64,000 nt of DNA, from assembly GCF_020026455.1 (NCBI RefSeq), contig NZ_JAHHQJ010000014.1:6153-70152 (forward strand), given 5' to 3'. Below, in pieces: positions 32,533 to 43,199 of the stretch (the stretch's first letter is position 1; the number at the start of each line of letters is the position of its first letter). The position numbers and the translations under genes were made by a program. Under the pieces are notes generated by a model. That model saw only the letters and a list, made by a program, of their open reading frames with translations, searched no databases and was not told the origin of the DNA. Source of the stretch: Alistipes sp. (GTDB lineage Bacteria; Bacteroidota; Bacteroidia; Bacteroidales; Rikenellaceae).

Positions 32533-34776
32533 CTATTCGTAGCGGAACGTCGCCGGACGGGCATCATCGTCCGAACTCTGGGCGATCCACAGGCGGAATT
32601 CGCCCGCCTCGGGCCGCCGTACGAAGTCGGCATTCAGGAAAGCGATCTCCGGCTCGCCGATCTCAAACCTTACGGTCTGCACCTCACCTTTTCGGAGGGC
32701 GATTTTCCGAAATCCTTTCAGTTCTTTGACCGGACGCGTTACGCTGGCCGCCACATCGCGTATGTAGAGTTGGACGACTACCTCGCCGTCGCGCCCGCCC
32801 GTGTTGCGCACTTGGGCCGAGGCCGTGATCCGGCCTCCTTTCGAAAACGTGTCGCGGTCGAGTACGGGTTCCGAAATTTCGAATGTCGTGTAACTCAGCC
32901 CGTGTCCGAAGGCGTAGAGCGGCTCATTCACGATATCGAGGTAATTCGAACGATAGCATCGCCCGGTCTGTCCGGCAGCTGCGGGGCGTCCCGTGTTCTT
33001 GTGGTTGTAGTAGACCGGAATCTGCCCCACGCTGCGCGGGAAGCTCATCGTCAGCTTGCCCGAAGGATTGTAGTCGCCCGACAGCACGTCGGCAATGGCG
33101 TCGCCCGCTGTCGTCCCCGGATACCACGCTTCGATAATTGCCTCGAGGTGTGCATCCTCCCAACTCAAATCTAACGGCCTGCCGCTCAGCACCACGAGGA
33201 TCACCGGCTTGCCTGTGGCCTCCAGGGCCCGGAGCAGGTCGCGTTGTGCACCCGGCAGGGTGATGTCGCTGCGCGATGCCGTTTCGCCCGACCAGTTGTA
33301 GTGTTCGCCCATGGCCGCCACTACGATGTCGGCCTGCCGCGCGGCCGCTACGGCCTCGGCAAACCCGCTCCTGTCGTCGGTCTCCAGGTCGCATCCCGCG
33401 GCCGTGATAAAACGTATGCCGGTCCCAACGTAACGTTTCGTCACTCCTTCCAACAGCGTCACACTCTCCTCGCGCACGCCGCTTCCGGCCCATGCGCCGT
33501 TCAGACTGGTGCGTTCGCGCACCATCGGCCCCACCAGCGCCACGGTCATCCGACTGTCGGGCTCAAGCGGCAACACGCCGGCGTCGTTCTTGAGCAGCAC
33601 GATCGACCGTGCGGCAATCTCCCGGGCCTTGGCGCGAAATTCGGGCTTGCCGAGGGTTTGGCGTTCCCGCAGACTGTCCAGATAGCGATAGGGATCGTCG
33701 AACAGCCCCAGCAGAAATTTCTGGCGCAGGATGCGGCGTACGGCGTTGTCGATTTGCCGGAGGCTCACGCTTCCTTCGTCGAGCGAACGCCGGAGGTTTT
33801 TCAGATAGACGGCCCCCGTCATGTCCATATCGATCCCGGCATTCAGAGCCTTCTCTCCGGCCTCCTTTTCATCCGCGGCAATTCCGTGCGGAATCAGTTC
33901 GTTGATGCCCGTGTAGTCCGATACGAGAATCCCTCCGAACCCCCATTCACCGCGCAGGATGTCGGTCATCAGATGACGGTTCGCCGTTGCCGGAATGCCT
34001 CCGAGCTCGTTGAACGCAGCCATGAACGATCCGACGCCGGCTTCGACCGTCGCCCGGAACGGCGGCAGGTAGATTTCGCGCAGCGTATGCTCCGACAGAT
34101 CCGTGGTGTTGTAGTCGCGGCCCGCCTCTGCGGCTCCGTATGCGGCGAAATGCTTCGTGCAGGCCAGCACGGTTTTGGGACTGGCCAGGTCGTCGCCCTG
34201 AAATCCTTCGACACGTGCCCGGGCGATCAGCGACCCCAGATAGGGATCCTCCCCGGCACCCTCCATTACGCGGCCCCAGCGGGGATCGCGCGTGATGTCC
34301 ACCATCGGTGCAAACGTCCAGTTGATGCCTCCGGCGGCAGCCTCTTCGGCTGCGATGGCTGCGCTCTGGCGCATCAGTTCGAGGTCCCATGTACAACTTT
34401 CGCCGAGCGGAATCGGGAAGATCGTGCGGTAGCCGTGCACAACGTCGTAGCCGAACAAGAGCGGTATTTTCAGCCGCGAATGCTCGAGCGCTTCGCTTTG
34501 CAGCGGGCGGAGTCCCGCCACGGTGTAGCCGTTCAGGATCGAACCGACCATGCCTTTGCGGAGGTATTCCCGATAATCGTCGGGCATGATGGCCCCCGTA
34601 ACGTCCCAGTTGCAGGAGAACTGCGACATCTGGCCGATCTTTTCGTCGAGTGTCATTTGCTTCAGGAGCGAATCCACTTTGCGGTCGGTGTCGTCATATC
34701 GGGCCGGAGCGGTACATCCGCCCCATGCCATGACAGCCAGCAGGGCGGTAAGGCGCCATAGTCTTGCCGCCTTCAT
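32533..34776 (-). CDS. GH3 beta-glucosidase (BglX-like), lipoprotein
   Basis: YDVVHG, RDPRWGR, KHFAAYG, LVSDY nucleophile, SIVLLKN, C-terminal Fn3 RPVKELKGF. Confidence 0.93.
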   Translation of the reverse strand: MKAARLWRLTALLAVMAWGGCTAPARYDDTDRKVDSLLKQMTLDEKIGQMSQFSCNWDVTGAIMPDDYREYLRKGMVGSILNGYTVAGLRPLQSEALEHSRLKIPLLFGYDVVHGYRTIFPIPLGESCTWDLELMRQSAAIAAEEAAAGGINWTFAPMVDITRDPRWGRVMEGAGEDPYLGSLIARARVEGFQGDDLASPKTVLACTKHFAAYGAAEAGRDYNTTDLSEHTLREIYLPPFRATVEAGVGSFMAAFNELGGIPATANRHLMTDILRGEWGFGGILVSDYTGINELIPHGIAADEKEAGEKALNAGIDMDMTGAVYLKNLRRSLDEGSVSLRQIDNAVRRILRQKFLLGLFDDPYRYLDSLRERQTLGKPEFRAKAREIAARSIVLLKNDAGVLPLEPDSRMTVALVGPMVRERTSLNGAWAGSGVREESVTLLEGVTKRYVGTGIRFITAAGCDLETDDRSGFAEAVAAARQADIVVAAMGEHYNWSGETASRSDITLPGAQRDLLRALEATGKPVILVVLSGRPLDLSWEDAHLEAIIEAWYPGTTAGDAIADVLSGDYNPSGKLTMSFPRSVGQIPVYYNHKNTGRPAAAGQTGRCYRSNYLDIVNEPLYAFGHGLSYTTFEISEPVLDRDTFSKGGRITASAQVRNTGGRDGEVVVQLYIRDVAASVTRPVKELKGFRKIALRKGEVQTVRFEIGEPEIAFLNADFVRRPEAGEFRLWIAQSSDDDARPATFRYE

Positions 34777-36776
34777 CGCATCGGGGTGATTTTGGCTGCA
34801 AATCCTCCGCCCGGAGCCATTCGGACGCTGATTTTCCGGTCGGCCGGAACCGTCTCCTCATGCTTCCGGTAGTCGCGGGCCGCACGGTCGGCATTTGGCC
34901 CGTCGGTGTAACATTCCGCCTTGAAATCGCCTTCGCCCAGGAATGTGAGGTCCAGAGTCAGTTCGCGGGCATTCCAGTCGGTCATTGCTCCCACATACCA
35001 GGTTTCTCCGCTGCGGCGTGCCGTGGCGATGTATTCGCCGATGTGGCCCGTGAGGATGCGGGTTTCGTCCCAGACGGTGGGAATCCCGGTCATGAATGCG
35101 AGGCATTCCTGCTCGCTGCGGTAGTTCGAGGGACTGTCGCAGAGCATGTTGAGCGGCGATTCGAAAACCACGTACTGCGCCAGCTGGCGGCAACGCGTTC
35201 CCTGGCTCATCGGCTCGGAGTAGACGGCACGGTAGGTCGATTTCGAAGCGTTGCGCATGGCTCCCTGCGTGTAGTCCATGGGGCCTGCTACCTGGCGGAT
35301 GAAGGGGAGCTGTACTTCGTAGGTCACCTGGTCGATCTCGTTGGCCCACTTGAGTTGCTCCAGCCCGTCCACGGCCTCGAAGTTGATGACGTTGGGGAAT
35401 GTGCGCTGCAATCCTGCGGGTTTGTAAGTTCCGTGGAAGTCGAGCATCAGCCCGTAGCGGGCGGCGATCTGTGCGGCTTGGTGGTGGAAGTCCACCATCT
35501 GCTGGTCGTCTCGGTTCATGAAGTCGACCTTGAATCCTTTGACACCCATTGCGGCGTAGTGCTTGCACACGCCTTCGATGTCGCGATTCAGGGCGTTGTA
35601 TCCGGCCCAGAGGATGATGCCGACATTTTTCGATGCGGCATAGTCCACGAGCATCGGCATGTCGATCTCGGGAACGACCTGCATCAGGTCCGCCGTGTAG
35701 AGTTTCGTCCAGCCTTCGTCGAGGATGACATATTCGATGCCGTGTTCGGCGGCGAAGTCGATGTAATATTTATAGGTATCGTTGTTTACGCCGGTCTTGA
35801 AATCGACGCCGTATAGGTTCCAGTCGTTCCACCAGTCCCAGGCCACTTTGCCGGGCTTCACCCACGAAAAGTCGCCTTCTGCGGGTGTGGCGAGTGCGTA
35901 TACCAGGTCGTTGTCGGCCAGTTCGGCATCCTCGGCGGCCACGATGACCACGCGCCACGGGAGGCGCGCCGGACCATCGAATCGGGCGATGTACGACTCG
36001 CGCTCCTCGACGATTTCTTCCAGCCCATTGTGTCCTCCCGGGACGATTTTGGCGGGATAGGGTGCGAATACGCCCCGAAGCGACGTGCCCGGACTTTCGG
36101 GTGCGAGGTACATGCCGGGATAGTCGAGCAGGTCGGCCTCCGTGATGCAGAGTTTTTTGCCGCCTTCACCTTCGACCAGTATGGGCAGAAAGGCCAGCAC
36201 GCCGTCGCGCCAGGACGACAACTCCGAATACACGTATTTGTTTTCGAACGAGTTCCAGAACTGAATTTCGGTAGTCGCTGTGCCGCGCTCGCCCCGTACA
36301 TAGGGGATGTAGGCCTTGGGGTCGGTCGGGAACCGGAAAGTGGCCCGTTCGCTGACCACGGTGAAGGGTTTGCGTCCGGTCGTTTCGAACCGATAGGCCA
36401 TGCCCGCGTCGTAGGCACGGAAAATGACGTTGTATCCTTTGAACCGGAGAGTCAGTTCGTTGTACTTGTCCTCGATCGACTGTTTGCGGTAAATGGGCGT
36501 GGCGATTTTTTCATCGGTGCTGTGCCGCGACGTGCCTGAAAGACGGTCTCCGGCGCCCAGCACACGGCCGTCGCCGAGGGTCAGCGACAGCGGCGAGTCG
36601 CCGAGCATCAGGTCGTCCCCGTGGTAGAGGCGGTAGGTTAGGCTGTCCGCAGCCGCCACCTCGACGCGAAGTGTTCCGGAGGGAGACTGAAGGGTGAATT
36701 TTCGGGGTGCAGCCTCTGTGCTCAAGGTCGTCAGAAGACACAGGGCCAAGGTCACCAGGTGTTTTGTCGGTTTCAT
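34773..36776 (-). CDS. GH97 glycoside hydrolase
   Basis: PWRVVI, KPGKVAWDWW, YIDFAA..ILDEGW, GFKVDF, TRCRQLA. Confidence 0.93.
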   Translation of the reverse strand: MKPTKHLVTLALCLLTTLSTEAAPRKFTLQSPSGTLRVEVAAADSLTYRLYHGDDLMLGDSPLSLTLGDGRVLGAGDRLSGTSRHSTDEKIATPIYRKQSIEDKYNELTLRFKGYNVIFRAYDAGMAYRFETTGRKPFTVVSERATFRFPTDPKAYIPYVRGERGTATTEIQFWNSFENKYVYSELSSWRDGVLAFLPILVEGEGGKKLCITEADLLDYPGMYLAPESPGTSLRGVFAPYPAKIVPGGHNGLEEIVEERESYIARFDGPARLPWRVVIVAAEDAELADNDLVYALATPAEGDFSWVKPGKVAWDWWNDWNLYGVDFKTGVNNDTYKYYIDFAAEHGIEYVILDEGWTKLYTADLMQVVPEIDMPMLVDYAASKNVGIILWAGYNALNRDIEGVCKHYAAMGVKGFKVDFMNRDDQQMVDFHHQAAQIAARYGLMLDFHGTYKPAGLQRTFPNVINFEAVDGLEQLKWANEIDQVTYEVQLPFIRQVAGPMDYTQGAMRNASKSTYRAVYSEPMSQGTRCRQLAQYVVFESPLNMLCDSPSNYRSEQECLAFMTGIPTVWDETRILTGHIGEYIATARRSGETWYVGAMTDWNARELTLDLTFLGEGDFKAECYTDGPNADRAARDYRKHEETVPADRKISVRMAPGGGFAAKITPMR

Positions 36777-36844
36777 GGATTAAGAATTTTGGGTGGTTGA
36801 AAAACGGCCCGTGGGTGTTGCCTCACAGGCCGTAGAAATAGGTG

Positions 36845-37861
36845 TCAGAAGCCGTATTTTGCCGTGATTGCATCATATTGTTCGTCGGTGATGCGGACCA
36901 TCACGCCGTGGCGGGCGTTCGGGATGCCGATGACATACTGGCTCCATGTCGGCGATTCGATGTCCGGGGCTTCGAATCGGACGTATTCGGTCGGGTAGCG
37001 CTCCGCGAAGATGTACCATCCTTTTCCGTCGGGCTGCTCGACGATCGTCGGCGCTTCGTGCCAGTTGTTGGTTTTCCCGGCTTCGGTTTTCGGGGTCACG
37101 ACGCTGATCGGCTCGCTGTAAGGCCCCGTCAGGGTCGCCGACTTGCTGATCAGCACGGTTTTACCTGTGGGAGCGATGTCGTTCGAACGCTCGTCCTTGA
37201 AAACGGCGTAGTACGAGTCTCCGATCTTGCGGATGATGGCATCGATCGTCGCCGCATCCTTGAACTCCTCACTTTTGAAGTCGAACAGCCGTGCGGGTTT
37301 GCTGTATGTCTTGAAATCGGCCGTTGTCATGTAGAACGTGCGCATCTCGCTCCACCACCGATCCGAACCCTCGGCCACTTCGTTGCGCGAAGCGTGCCAC
37401 GTGATCAGGTATTTGTCCGAATCCGTGTCGTAGAAGAGTTTCGGGGCGCTGTACCAGCCGTCGGGATGGTATCCCGGAGTGTCCATGATGGCCGCATCGG
37501 GAATCGCGCCTTCGGTCTGCCATGTCACCAGATCCGAGGAAACCCACAGTACGAGCGATTTGGGTAGCGTGCGCGTCACGCCGATCATGCGATAGCGTCC
37601 GTCGGCACCCTTGATGATGTCGGGATGGCCGCTGTAACGGGGTTCGATCGTCTTGTCGTCGTTCAGGACAGTCCATTGCCGGGCGTCCTTGCTGATGTAG
37701 TAGTAGATCCCTCCGTAGTCCGAATCTTTCATGTGTGCGAAGAGGTATCCTCCCTCGGTCTGCGTGCCGGGGATGGGTGCATTTTCCGATTCACTGTCGC
37801 ATCCGCAGCATCCGACCAGGTTGAGCAACAGTACTGTAGCGATATATATTATGTTTTTCAT
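36845..37861 (-). CDS. GH43-like five-bladed beta-propeller lipoprotein
   Basis: Lipoprotein-type signal (LVGCC); YLFAH..ISKD..W..LN; TIDAII; VFKDER; HEAPTIV. Confidence 0.7.
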   Translation of the reverse strand: MKNIIYIATVLLLNLVGCCGCDSESENAPIPGTQTEGGYLFAHMKDSDYGGIYYYISKDARQWTVLNDDKTIEPRYSGHPDIIKGADGRYRMIGVTRTLPKSLVLWVSSDLVTWQTEGAIPDAAIMDTPGYHPDGWYSAPKLFYDTDSDKYLITWHASRNEVAEGSDRWWSEMRTFYMTTADFKTYSKPARLFDFKSEEFKDAATIDAIIRKIGDSYYAVFKDERSNDIAPTGKTVLISKSATLTGPYSEPISVVTPKTEAGKTNNWHEAPTIVEQPDGKGWYIFAERYPTEYVRFEAPDIESPTWSQYVIGIPNARHGVMVRITDEQYDAITAKYGF

Positions 37862-37890
37862 TGCTTTGTTTTCGGTTTGGGGTTTTGAAT

Positions 37891-39558
37891 TTATCTTGCG
37901 GCGCCGAGGTCTGCCTCCCAGCCCGGACGGGAGTAGGTCTGTTCGAGCGTCTTGCCGTAGTTCTTGGCCTGTTCGACGATGTAGTTCGGCAGGGGGATGT
38001 ATTGGTGCGTGGGCTTGAGCTTCTTGGTCTTGTAGCACTCCTGCGCATACCTGTTGAAGCGAATCAGATCGATCTTGCGCATGCCTTCGTAGAGGAACTC
38101 CTTGCCGCGTTCTTCGAGTATGGCATCGAGGAACGCATCTTTCGATGCGGTCTGCTCGGCACTCAGTCCGTCCAGTCCGGCGCGGCTGCGCACGTCGTTC
38201 ACCGCCTGCACGGCAGCTGCCGAAGGCGCTACGTTGCTCTGACGCACGTCCGCTTCGGCCATCATCAGCAGGACGTCGGCCCAGCGGGCCAGCGGCACGT
38301 CGTTGGCCTGGAATCCGTTGGGATTCTCGATCGGGAATTTGTTGATGATGTATCCGTCCCACGAAATCCCGAGATCCTCTTTTCCGCGTTTTTGGGTAGG
38401 AGTTCCGCTGTCGCTCGGATCGGCCTTGATCCAGTATTCAGTGACGATTACCTCCCGGCGCAGGTCTTTTTCGTCGTAGCTGTCATAGAGCCTGGGAGCG
38501 ACATTGAACGGAGTTCGCATCCAGCCGCCGCCCTGATTGGCGAAGGGACTGGGCGATCCGTCGCCGTTCTTTTTCGACGCATCACTCGGCGTTGCGAGCA
38601 TCATGAGCGGGAAGAAGTTGCCGTTCTGGTTGCTGCCGTCGGCTCCCGGAGCGCAGCTCAGCGCCATGATAATCTCGCACGAGAAGTCGTTTTTGGCATA
38701 GAACATCTCTTTGAATGGATTTGTCCCCTGCCTGAAAAGGTCGTATTTGCCCGTATTGAGTTCGTCGTACATCTCCAGGGCGCGCTTGTAGTAATCCGGC
38801 ATGTGCGAACCTTCGTTCAGACAGTGCTTCATCAGGCAAAAACGCGCATAGTCGGCCGTGTAGCGTCCCTGCTCCGAGACGGTCTCGGGCAGTTTTTGGA
38901 TCGCCTCCTCAAAGTCCGCGGTGATCCATCCGCACATTTCGTCGAGTGTCGGGCGCACGAGGTTCTCCAGAGCCGCGTCGTTGATCACGTCGTCGGGATT
39001 CAGCACGACCGGAACCGGACCGTAGATGTGGAGCAGATAGTACATCATCAGGCCGCGGCAGATGTGTACTTCGCCGAGCAGTTGCTTGCGCTTGCTCTCC
39101 GACAGAATCTCGGCGCTGGCCTTCTCCAGCTGGCTGATGATCTCGGTGAAGCGTGTGATCTGCGAGAGTTTGCCGATGTGGCAGGGGTTGTTCTCACCCA
39201 CCCAGCCGCGCTGGTAGTAGTAGGTGTTGTTGAAGTTGGCCTTCGAGAGCTCGGCCCACTCGCCGAATCCGCCGACCTGCCAAGGCACCATGGCGTCCGA
39301 CGGCGAGTCGAACATGCGGATGATGCCGCCTTCGGGGATGTAGAAACTGTGCTGCGTGCCGCTGTCACCGATATAATAGGTCCAGGTGTTGGTAAACGGC
39401 AGGTAGCAGGTCATGGCGTAGCTTTCGTACTCGGCCTCCGTCGACGGAAAGTTCCCCGGAAAGAGGCTTCCGTAGATTTCGGGATCGAAATTGCCTTCGC
39501 AGCCGCTCAGTGTGATGAGCGCCGCAGCCGCCCAGGCGCATATTTTCAGACGTTTCAT
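37891..39558 (-). CDS. susD: RagB/SusD family glycan-binding lipoprotein
   Basis: Lipobox LSGC; RGLMMYYL..YGPVP; RWADVLLMMAEA; ERGKEFLYEGMRKIDLIRF. Confidence 0.93.
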   Translation of the reverse strand: MKRLKICAWAAAALITLSGCEGNFDPEIYGSLFPGNFPSTEAEYESYAMTCYLPFTNTWTYYIGDSGTQHSFYIPEGGIIRMFDSPSDAMVPWQVGGFGEWAELSKANFNNTYYYQRGWVGENNPCHIGKLSQITRFTEIISQLEKASAEILSESKRKQLLGEVHICRGLMMYYLLHIYGPVPVVLNPDDVINDAALENLVRPTLDEMCGWITADFEEAIQKLPETVSEQGRYTADYARFCLMKHCLNEGSHMPDYYKRALEMYDELNTGKYDLFRQGTNPFKEMFYAKNDFSCEIIMALSCAPGADGSNQNGNFFPLMMLATPSDASKKNGDGSPSPFANQGGGWMRTPFNVAPRLYDSYDEKDLRREVIVTEYWIKADPSDSGTPTQKRGKEDLGISWDGYIINKFPIENPNGFQANDVPLARWADVLLMMAEADVRQSNVAPSAAAVQAVNDVRSRAGLDGLSAEQTASKDAFLDAILEERGKEFLYEGMRKIDLIRFNRYAQECYKTKKLKPTHQYIPLPNYIVEQAKNYGKTLEQTYSRPGWEADLGAAR

Positions 39559-39584
39559 TTTTGATGTGTCGTTTTAGGGTGTGT

Positions 39585-42500
39585 TTAGAAGTTGATTTTA
39601 GCGCCGAGCGAGAACGAGCGCACCTGCGGGAACTGTCCGCGGGCTTCGTTGTGCCCCGTGTATATTTCGGGGTCGAAACCCGTGTACTTGGTGATTACGA
39701 ATGGGTTCTGCACGTCGAAATAGACGCGGATGCTCTTGATGTACTTCTGGACCGGGCCGAACACTTTGCCCTGGATGGTGTAGCCGAGCGTGATGTTGCG
39801 GATGCGCATGAACGAGGCGCTCTCCATGTCGGCATTCACGCCGCAGCCGCCGGGGAGTGCTCCCATCTTGCTGTAGGCGATACCCGGACGGGTTCCGTTG
39901 GGGTTGATCTGCGAGTTCCAGAGCCGGTAAGCGTACTTGTTGGTATTGGGCGCGGGGGTATTGGCCAGGGGTCCGGCCTGTGCTGCGCTCAGCGCCATGT
40001 TGTACTTGTAGGCGCCGAACTGTCCGTACATGAAGATGTCGAGGTCGAAATTCTTGTATATGAATGTGTTTCCGAATCCCATGTAGAGGTCGGGCGCGGT
40101 GTTGCGCATGTGGATGTCGTTGATGTCGATGATGCCGTCTCCGTTTTTGTCGTCGATGATGGGGCATCCGGGCATCTGGGCTGCGGCCTGAAGCGATTTC
40201 TGCGATTCGGGCATGTTGCTGCGGTCCATGTTGATGTAGCCGTCTATCTTGTAGTAGTACATGGCGGACAAGGGTTCGTTGTCGCGCTGCTGATAGGCCT
40301 GATAGTCGAAGTTGGGCATTCGTTTTTTCCAGAATTGCTGCACGCGCGAGAGGGTCAGGTTGGTTCTCCACTCGAATTTTCCCCTGAGGTTGACCGAGTT
40401 GAGTGCGATCTCCCAGCCGCGGCGGTAGAAATGCGCACCGTTGATCGGACGCGACGAGAAGATGGCCAGCGGCGATGTCGAAGCGTTGCCCAGCAGGTCT
40501 GTCACGTCGTTGCGGTAGAGGTCGAAACTACCCGACAGACGGTCGTCGAAGAGGTAGAAATCGACACCGATGTTCTTCATCGTGGTTTTCTGCCAGCTTA
40601 CGTCGGGATAGTTGGCGCTTATCAGCTGGTAGGGGATGTAGAAGGTGGAGTTGCCGTCGAATGTCACCTTGAAATCGCTGGGCCTGTAGACTCCGTAAAG
40701 CGAACTTCCGAGGTTGTCCTGTCCGGATTTGCCCCAACTGGCGCGGATTTTCAGCAGACTTATCCATTCGACGTCGCGCAGGAACGATTCGTTGGATATT
40801 TTCCAGGCTGCCGATACCGAGGGAAACAACGCATATTTCTTGTCGGGGAAAAACTTGTCGGCTCCGTCCCGGCGGAGCGTTGCGGCAACCACGTAGCGGT
40901 CGAGGACATCGACGCTCAACTTGGCGAACTGCGAACGTTTCTGGTTCTTGCCCGTGTAGGAGGCCGGGGTTATTTTTCCGGCGGCCGATGAGATATTGTG
41001 TTCGTTGATTAGGTCGTTGGTGTCCTCGTACGAGACCGAATATCCTTCGTAGTCTTCGAGATACTTACCCATTCCGACCAGGGCGTCGACCTGGACGATG
41101 TCGGCGAATTTCTTCGAGAACTGGAGCATGATCTCCATTGTCTGGTTGCGTCGACGTTCGGATGCGATGTTTCCGCGCGCTTTGTACATGCGGTCGAAGA
41201 AGATCGACGACGGCACATAGGTCGCACGGCGCATGTTCTCCTGGTTGATGCCGTACACGCCCTTCAGGGTGATGTATTTTTTCCAGATATTCAGGTCGGC
41301 CGTGAAGTTGAGCATGTAGTCGTTCTGTTTGGTCTTGTCCTGAATATCGTCGTACGATGCGGGGTTGGGGACGCTGTTGAAAATGGAATACGAACCGTCC
41401 TCCTGCCGGATCGGGAGGTAGGAAGGGTAGAGAAGAGCCGAGCTGAGCGAACCTCCGGCCGTGTTGCCGCGGTTGCCGACGTCGTCGCCCACCATGCCGT
41501 TTGTATAATGGTTCTGGTTGGCGTTGAAGGCCGACGATAGTTTCAGGAACGGAAACAGCTGCACCCCTAAGTTGCCGCGGAACGTGTATTTGGTCATTCC
41601 CGAATTCGATACGGTTCCTTTTTGGTCGAAGTAGCTGCCGCCCATGTAGTAGGTGATGTGCTTCGTGCCGCCGCTCACCGTCAGGTTATGATTGGTCGAG
41701 TATCCGCTGCGCAGCACATAGTCGATCCAGTCGGTCGTCGTGGCCCCGGCGATCTCTTCGGGCGAGAATACGGGGGTCCAGCGTCCGTCGTAGGCCAGGC
41801 CGCCGTAGGGATACTGTTTGTTGTTGTAGAGGTAATTCTCTTTGCTGTAGACGTTTGCGATATTCATGTACTCCTGGGCGTTGAGCACGTCGAGGTACTT
41901 GTAGTTGCGCGTGAAGGTATAGCTGCCTTCGTAGCTGATCCTGGGAGCACCTTCGGAGCCTTTTTTCGTCGTGATGAGGATCACGCCGTCGGCGGCCCCG
42001 ATGCCGTAGATTGCGGCCGAAGCATCTTTCAGCACTTCGACCGACTCGATGTCCGCGGGGTTGAGTCCCGCCAGACCGGCGCGGTTGACGTTGCTCGGGA
42101 GTCCTGTTGCGCTTCCCAGCCCGATGGTGTTCGACGGCATGACGATGCCGTCGACGATGTAGATCGGGTTGCCCGCACCGCGGATCGAGATGTTCACCTT
42201 ACCGTCGGGCTGCGAACTGTTTACCGTGGCCTGGAGACCTGCGGCGCGTCCCAGCAGCATCTGCGAGATGTTGCTGTTCGCCGCTTTCGGCACTTCATCG
42301 GGCTTCACCTGTGCGATGGCTGTGGTCAGATTGCGGCGCGACACCGTGCCGTAGCCCACGACAACCACTTCGTCGACCAGTTTGACATCTTCGGTCAGAT
42401 ATACCTCGATCTCTGTCCCCGCCTCGGCGTGTACGCTCTGTGGCGTGTAGCCGATGTAGGAGATGCCGAGGACGAGGCTTTTGCTTCCTTCGATCCGGAA

Positions 42501-42941
42501 GCGGCCCTGCGAATCGGTCGTGGTTCCCCTGGAGGTTCCTTCGACGATCACCGTTGCCCCGACGATGGGATCCTTGGTCTTCCGGTCCAGCACACGACCC
42601 TGTACACCGTCATCCTGCCGGCTCTCTTTTGCGGCAGCTTTGCGCCTGGTCAGCACGATCTGCTGTCCCTTGACCGTGTAGGCGATGTCGGTTCCGGAGA
42701 AAAGTTGCTCCAGCGCATCGGCCAGCGGGGCCTTCGTGACGTTGAGCGAGGCCGTTCTGTCGACCCCGACCACCTGCTTGTTGTAGAGGAACAGATATCC
42801 GCTTTGGGTCTCTATTGCATCCAGTATGTCCGTCAGCGGCACGTTCGATTTATTCATCGTGACGGTTTTGCTTTGGGCGTGTGCGGAACAGACCCAGAGC
42901 AGACACATGCACGTGAAGCACGTAAATAGGATGTGTTTCAT
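39585..42941 (-). CDS. susC: SusC/RagA TonB-dependent transporter with N-terminal STN signalling domain
   Basis: STN domain (PLTDILDAIETQSGYLFLY), EVVVVGYG, LKDASAAIYG..GVILITTK, C-terminal RSFSLGAKINF. Confidence 0.96.
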   Translation of the reverse strand: MKHILFTCFTCMCLLWVCSAHAQSKTVTMNKSNVPLTDILDAIETQSGYLFLYNKQVVGVDRTASLNVTKAPLADALEQLFSGTDIAYTVKGQQIVLTRRKAAAKESRQDDGVQGRVLDRKTKDPIVGATVIVEGTSRGTTTDSQGRFRIEGSKSLVLGISYIGYTPQSVHAEAGTEIEVYLTEDVKLVDEVVVVGYGTVSRRNLTTAIAQVKPDEVPKAANSNISQMLLGRAAGLQATVNSSQPDGKVNISIRGAGNPIYIVDGIVMPSNTIGLGSATGLPSNVNRAGLAGLNPADIESVEVLKDASAAIYGIGAADGVILITTKKGSEGAPRISYEGSYTFTRNYKYLDVLNAQEYMNIANVYSKENYLYNNKQYPYGGLAYDGRWTPVFSPEEIAGATTTDWIDYVLRSGYSTNHNLTVSGGTKHITYYMGGSYFDQKGTVSNSGMTKYTFRGNLGVQLFPFLKLSSAFNANQNHYTNGMVGDDVGNRGNTAGGSLSSALLYPSYLPIRQEDGSYSIFNSVPNPASYDDIQDKTKQNDYMLNFTADLNIWKKYITLKGVYGINQENMRRATYVPSSIFFDRMYKARGNIASERRRNQTMEIMLQFSKKFADIVQVDALVGMGKYLEDYEGYSVSYEDTNDLINEHNISSAAGKITPASYTGKNQKRSQFAKLSVDVLDRYVVAATLRRDGADKFFPDKKYALFPSVSAAWKISNESFLRDVEWISLLKIRASWGKSGQDNLGSSLYGVYRPSDFKVTFDGNSTFYIPYQLISANYPDVSWQKTTMKNIGVDFYLFDDRLSGSFDLYRNDVTDLLGNASTSPLAIFSSRPINGAHFYRRGWEIALNSVNLRGKFEWRTNLTLSRVQQFWKKRMPNFDYQAYQQRDNEPLSAMYYYKIDGYINMDRSNMPESQKSLQAAAQMPGCPIIDDKNGDGIIDINDIHMRNTAPDLYMGFGNTFIYKNFDLDIFMYGQFGAYKYNMALSAAQAGPLANTPAPNTNKYAYRLWNSQINPNGTRPGIAYSKMGALPGGCGVNADMESASFMRIRNITLGYTIQGKVFGPVQKYIKSIRVYFDVQNPFVITKYTGFDPEIYTGHNEARGQFPQVRSFSLGAKINF

Positions 42942-43022
42942 GGTTGATGTTGTAGTTTTGTTTCGATTGATTCGGTTTTTTGGGTGGATGGATGAGGTAA
43001 AAGGTTTTCTGCAATAACAAAT

Positions 43023-43047
43023 GGTTTGGTTTGGTTTGGTTTGGTTT
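43023..43047. repeat. (GGTTT)5 microsatellite in the susC leader
   Basis: Five perfect pentamers. Confidence 0.85.
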
Positions 43048-43075
43048 TTTCGCGGTTCCAGGACCGCTGCTATGA

Positions 43076-43105
43076 ATAAGACGAACCACGTGCAAAACCC
43101 CACAT
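43076..43105 (-). promoter_or_regulatory. Putative ECF-sigma promoter for susC (ATGTGG-N16-CGTCTTAT)
   Basis: Same motif and spacing occur at 44266-44295 (-) and 44970-44999 (+). Confidence 0.7.
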
Positions 43106-43151
43106 CTTTTTTCGCATTCTGTCCGGATCGGGGGAGCCATGCCGTCGAAAG

Positions 43152-43183
43152 AAAACGGGCCAACCGGTCGATTGGCCCGTTTT
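43152..43183 (-). terminator. Intrinsic terminator after fecR
   Basis: AAAACGGGCCAA/TTGGCCCGTTTT inverted repeat. Confidence 0.8.
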
Positions 43184-43199
43184 CATTGGTTTTAAACGG

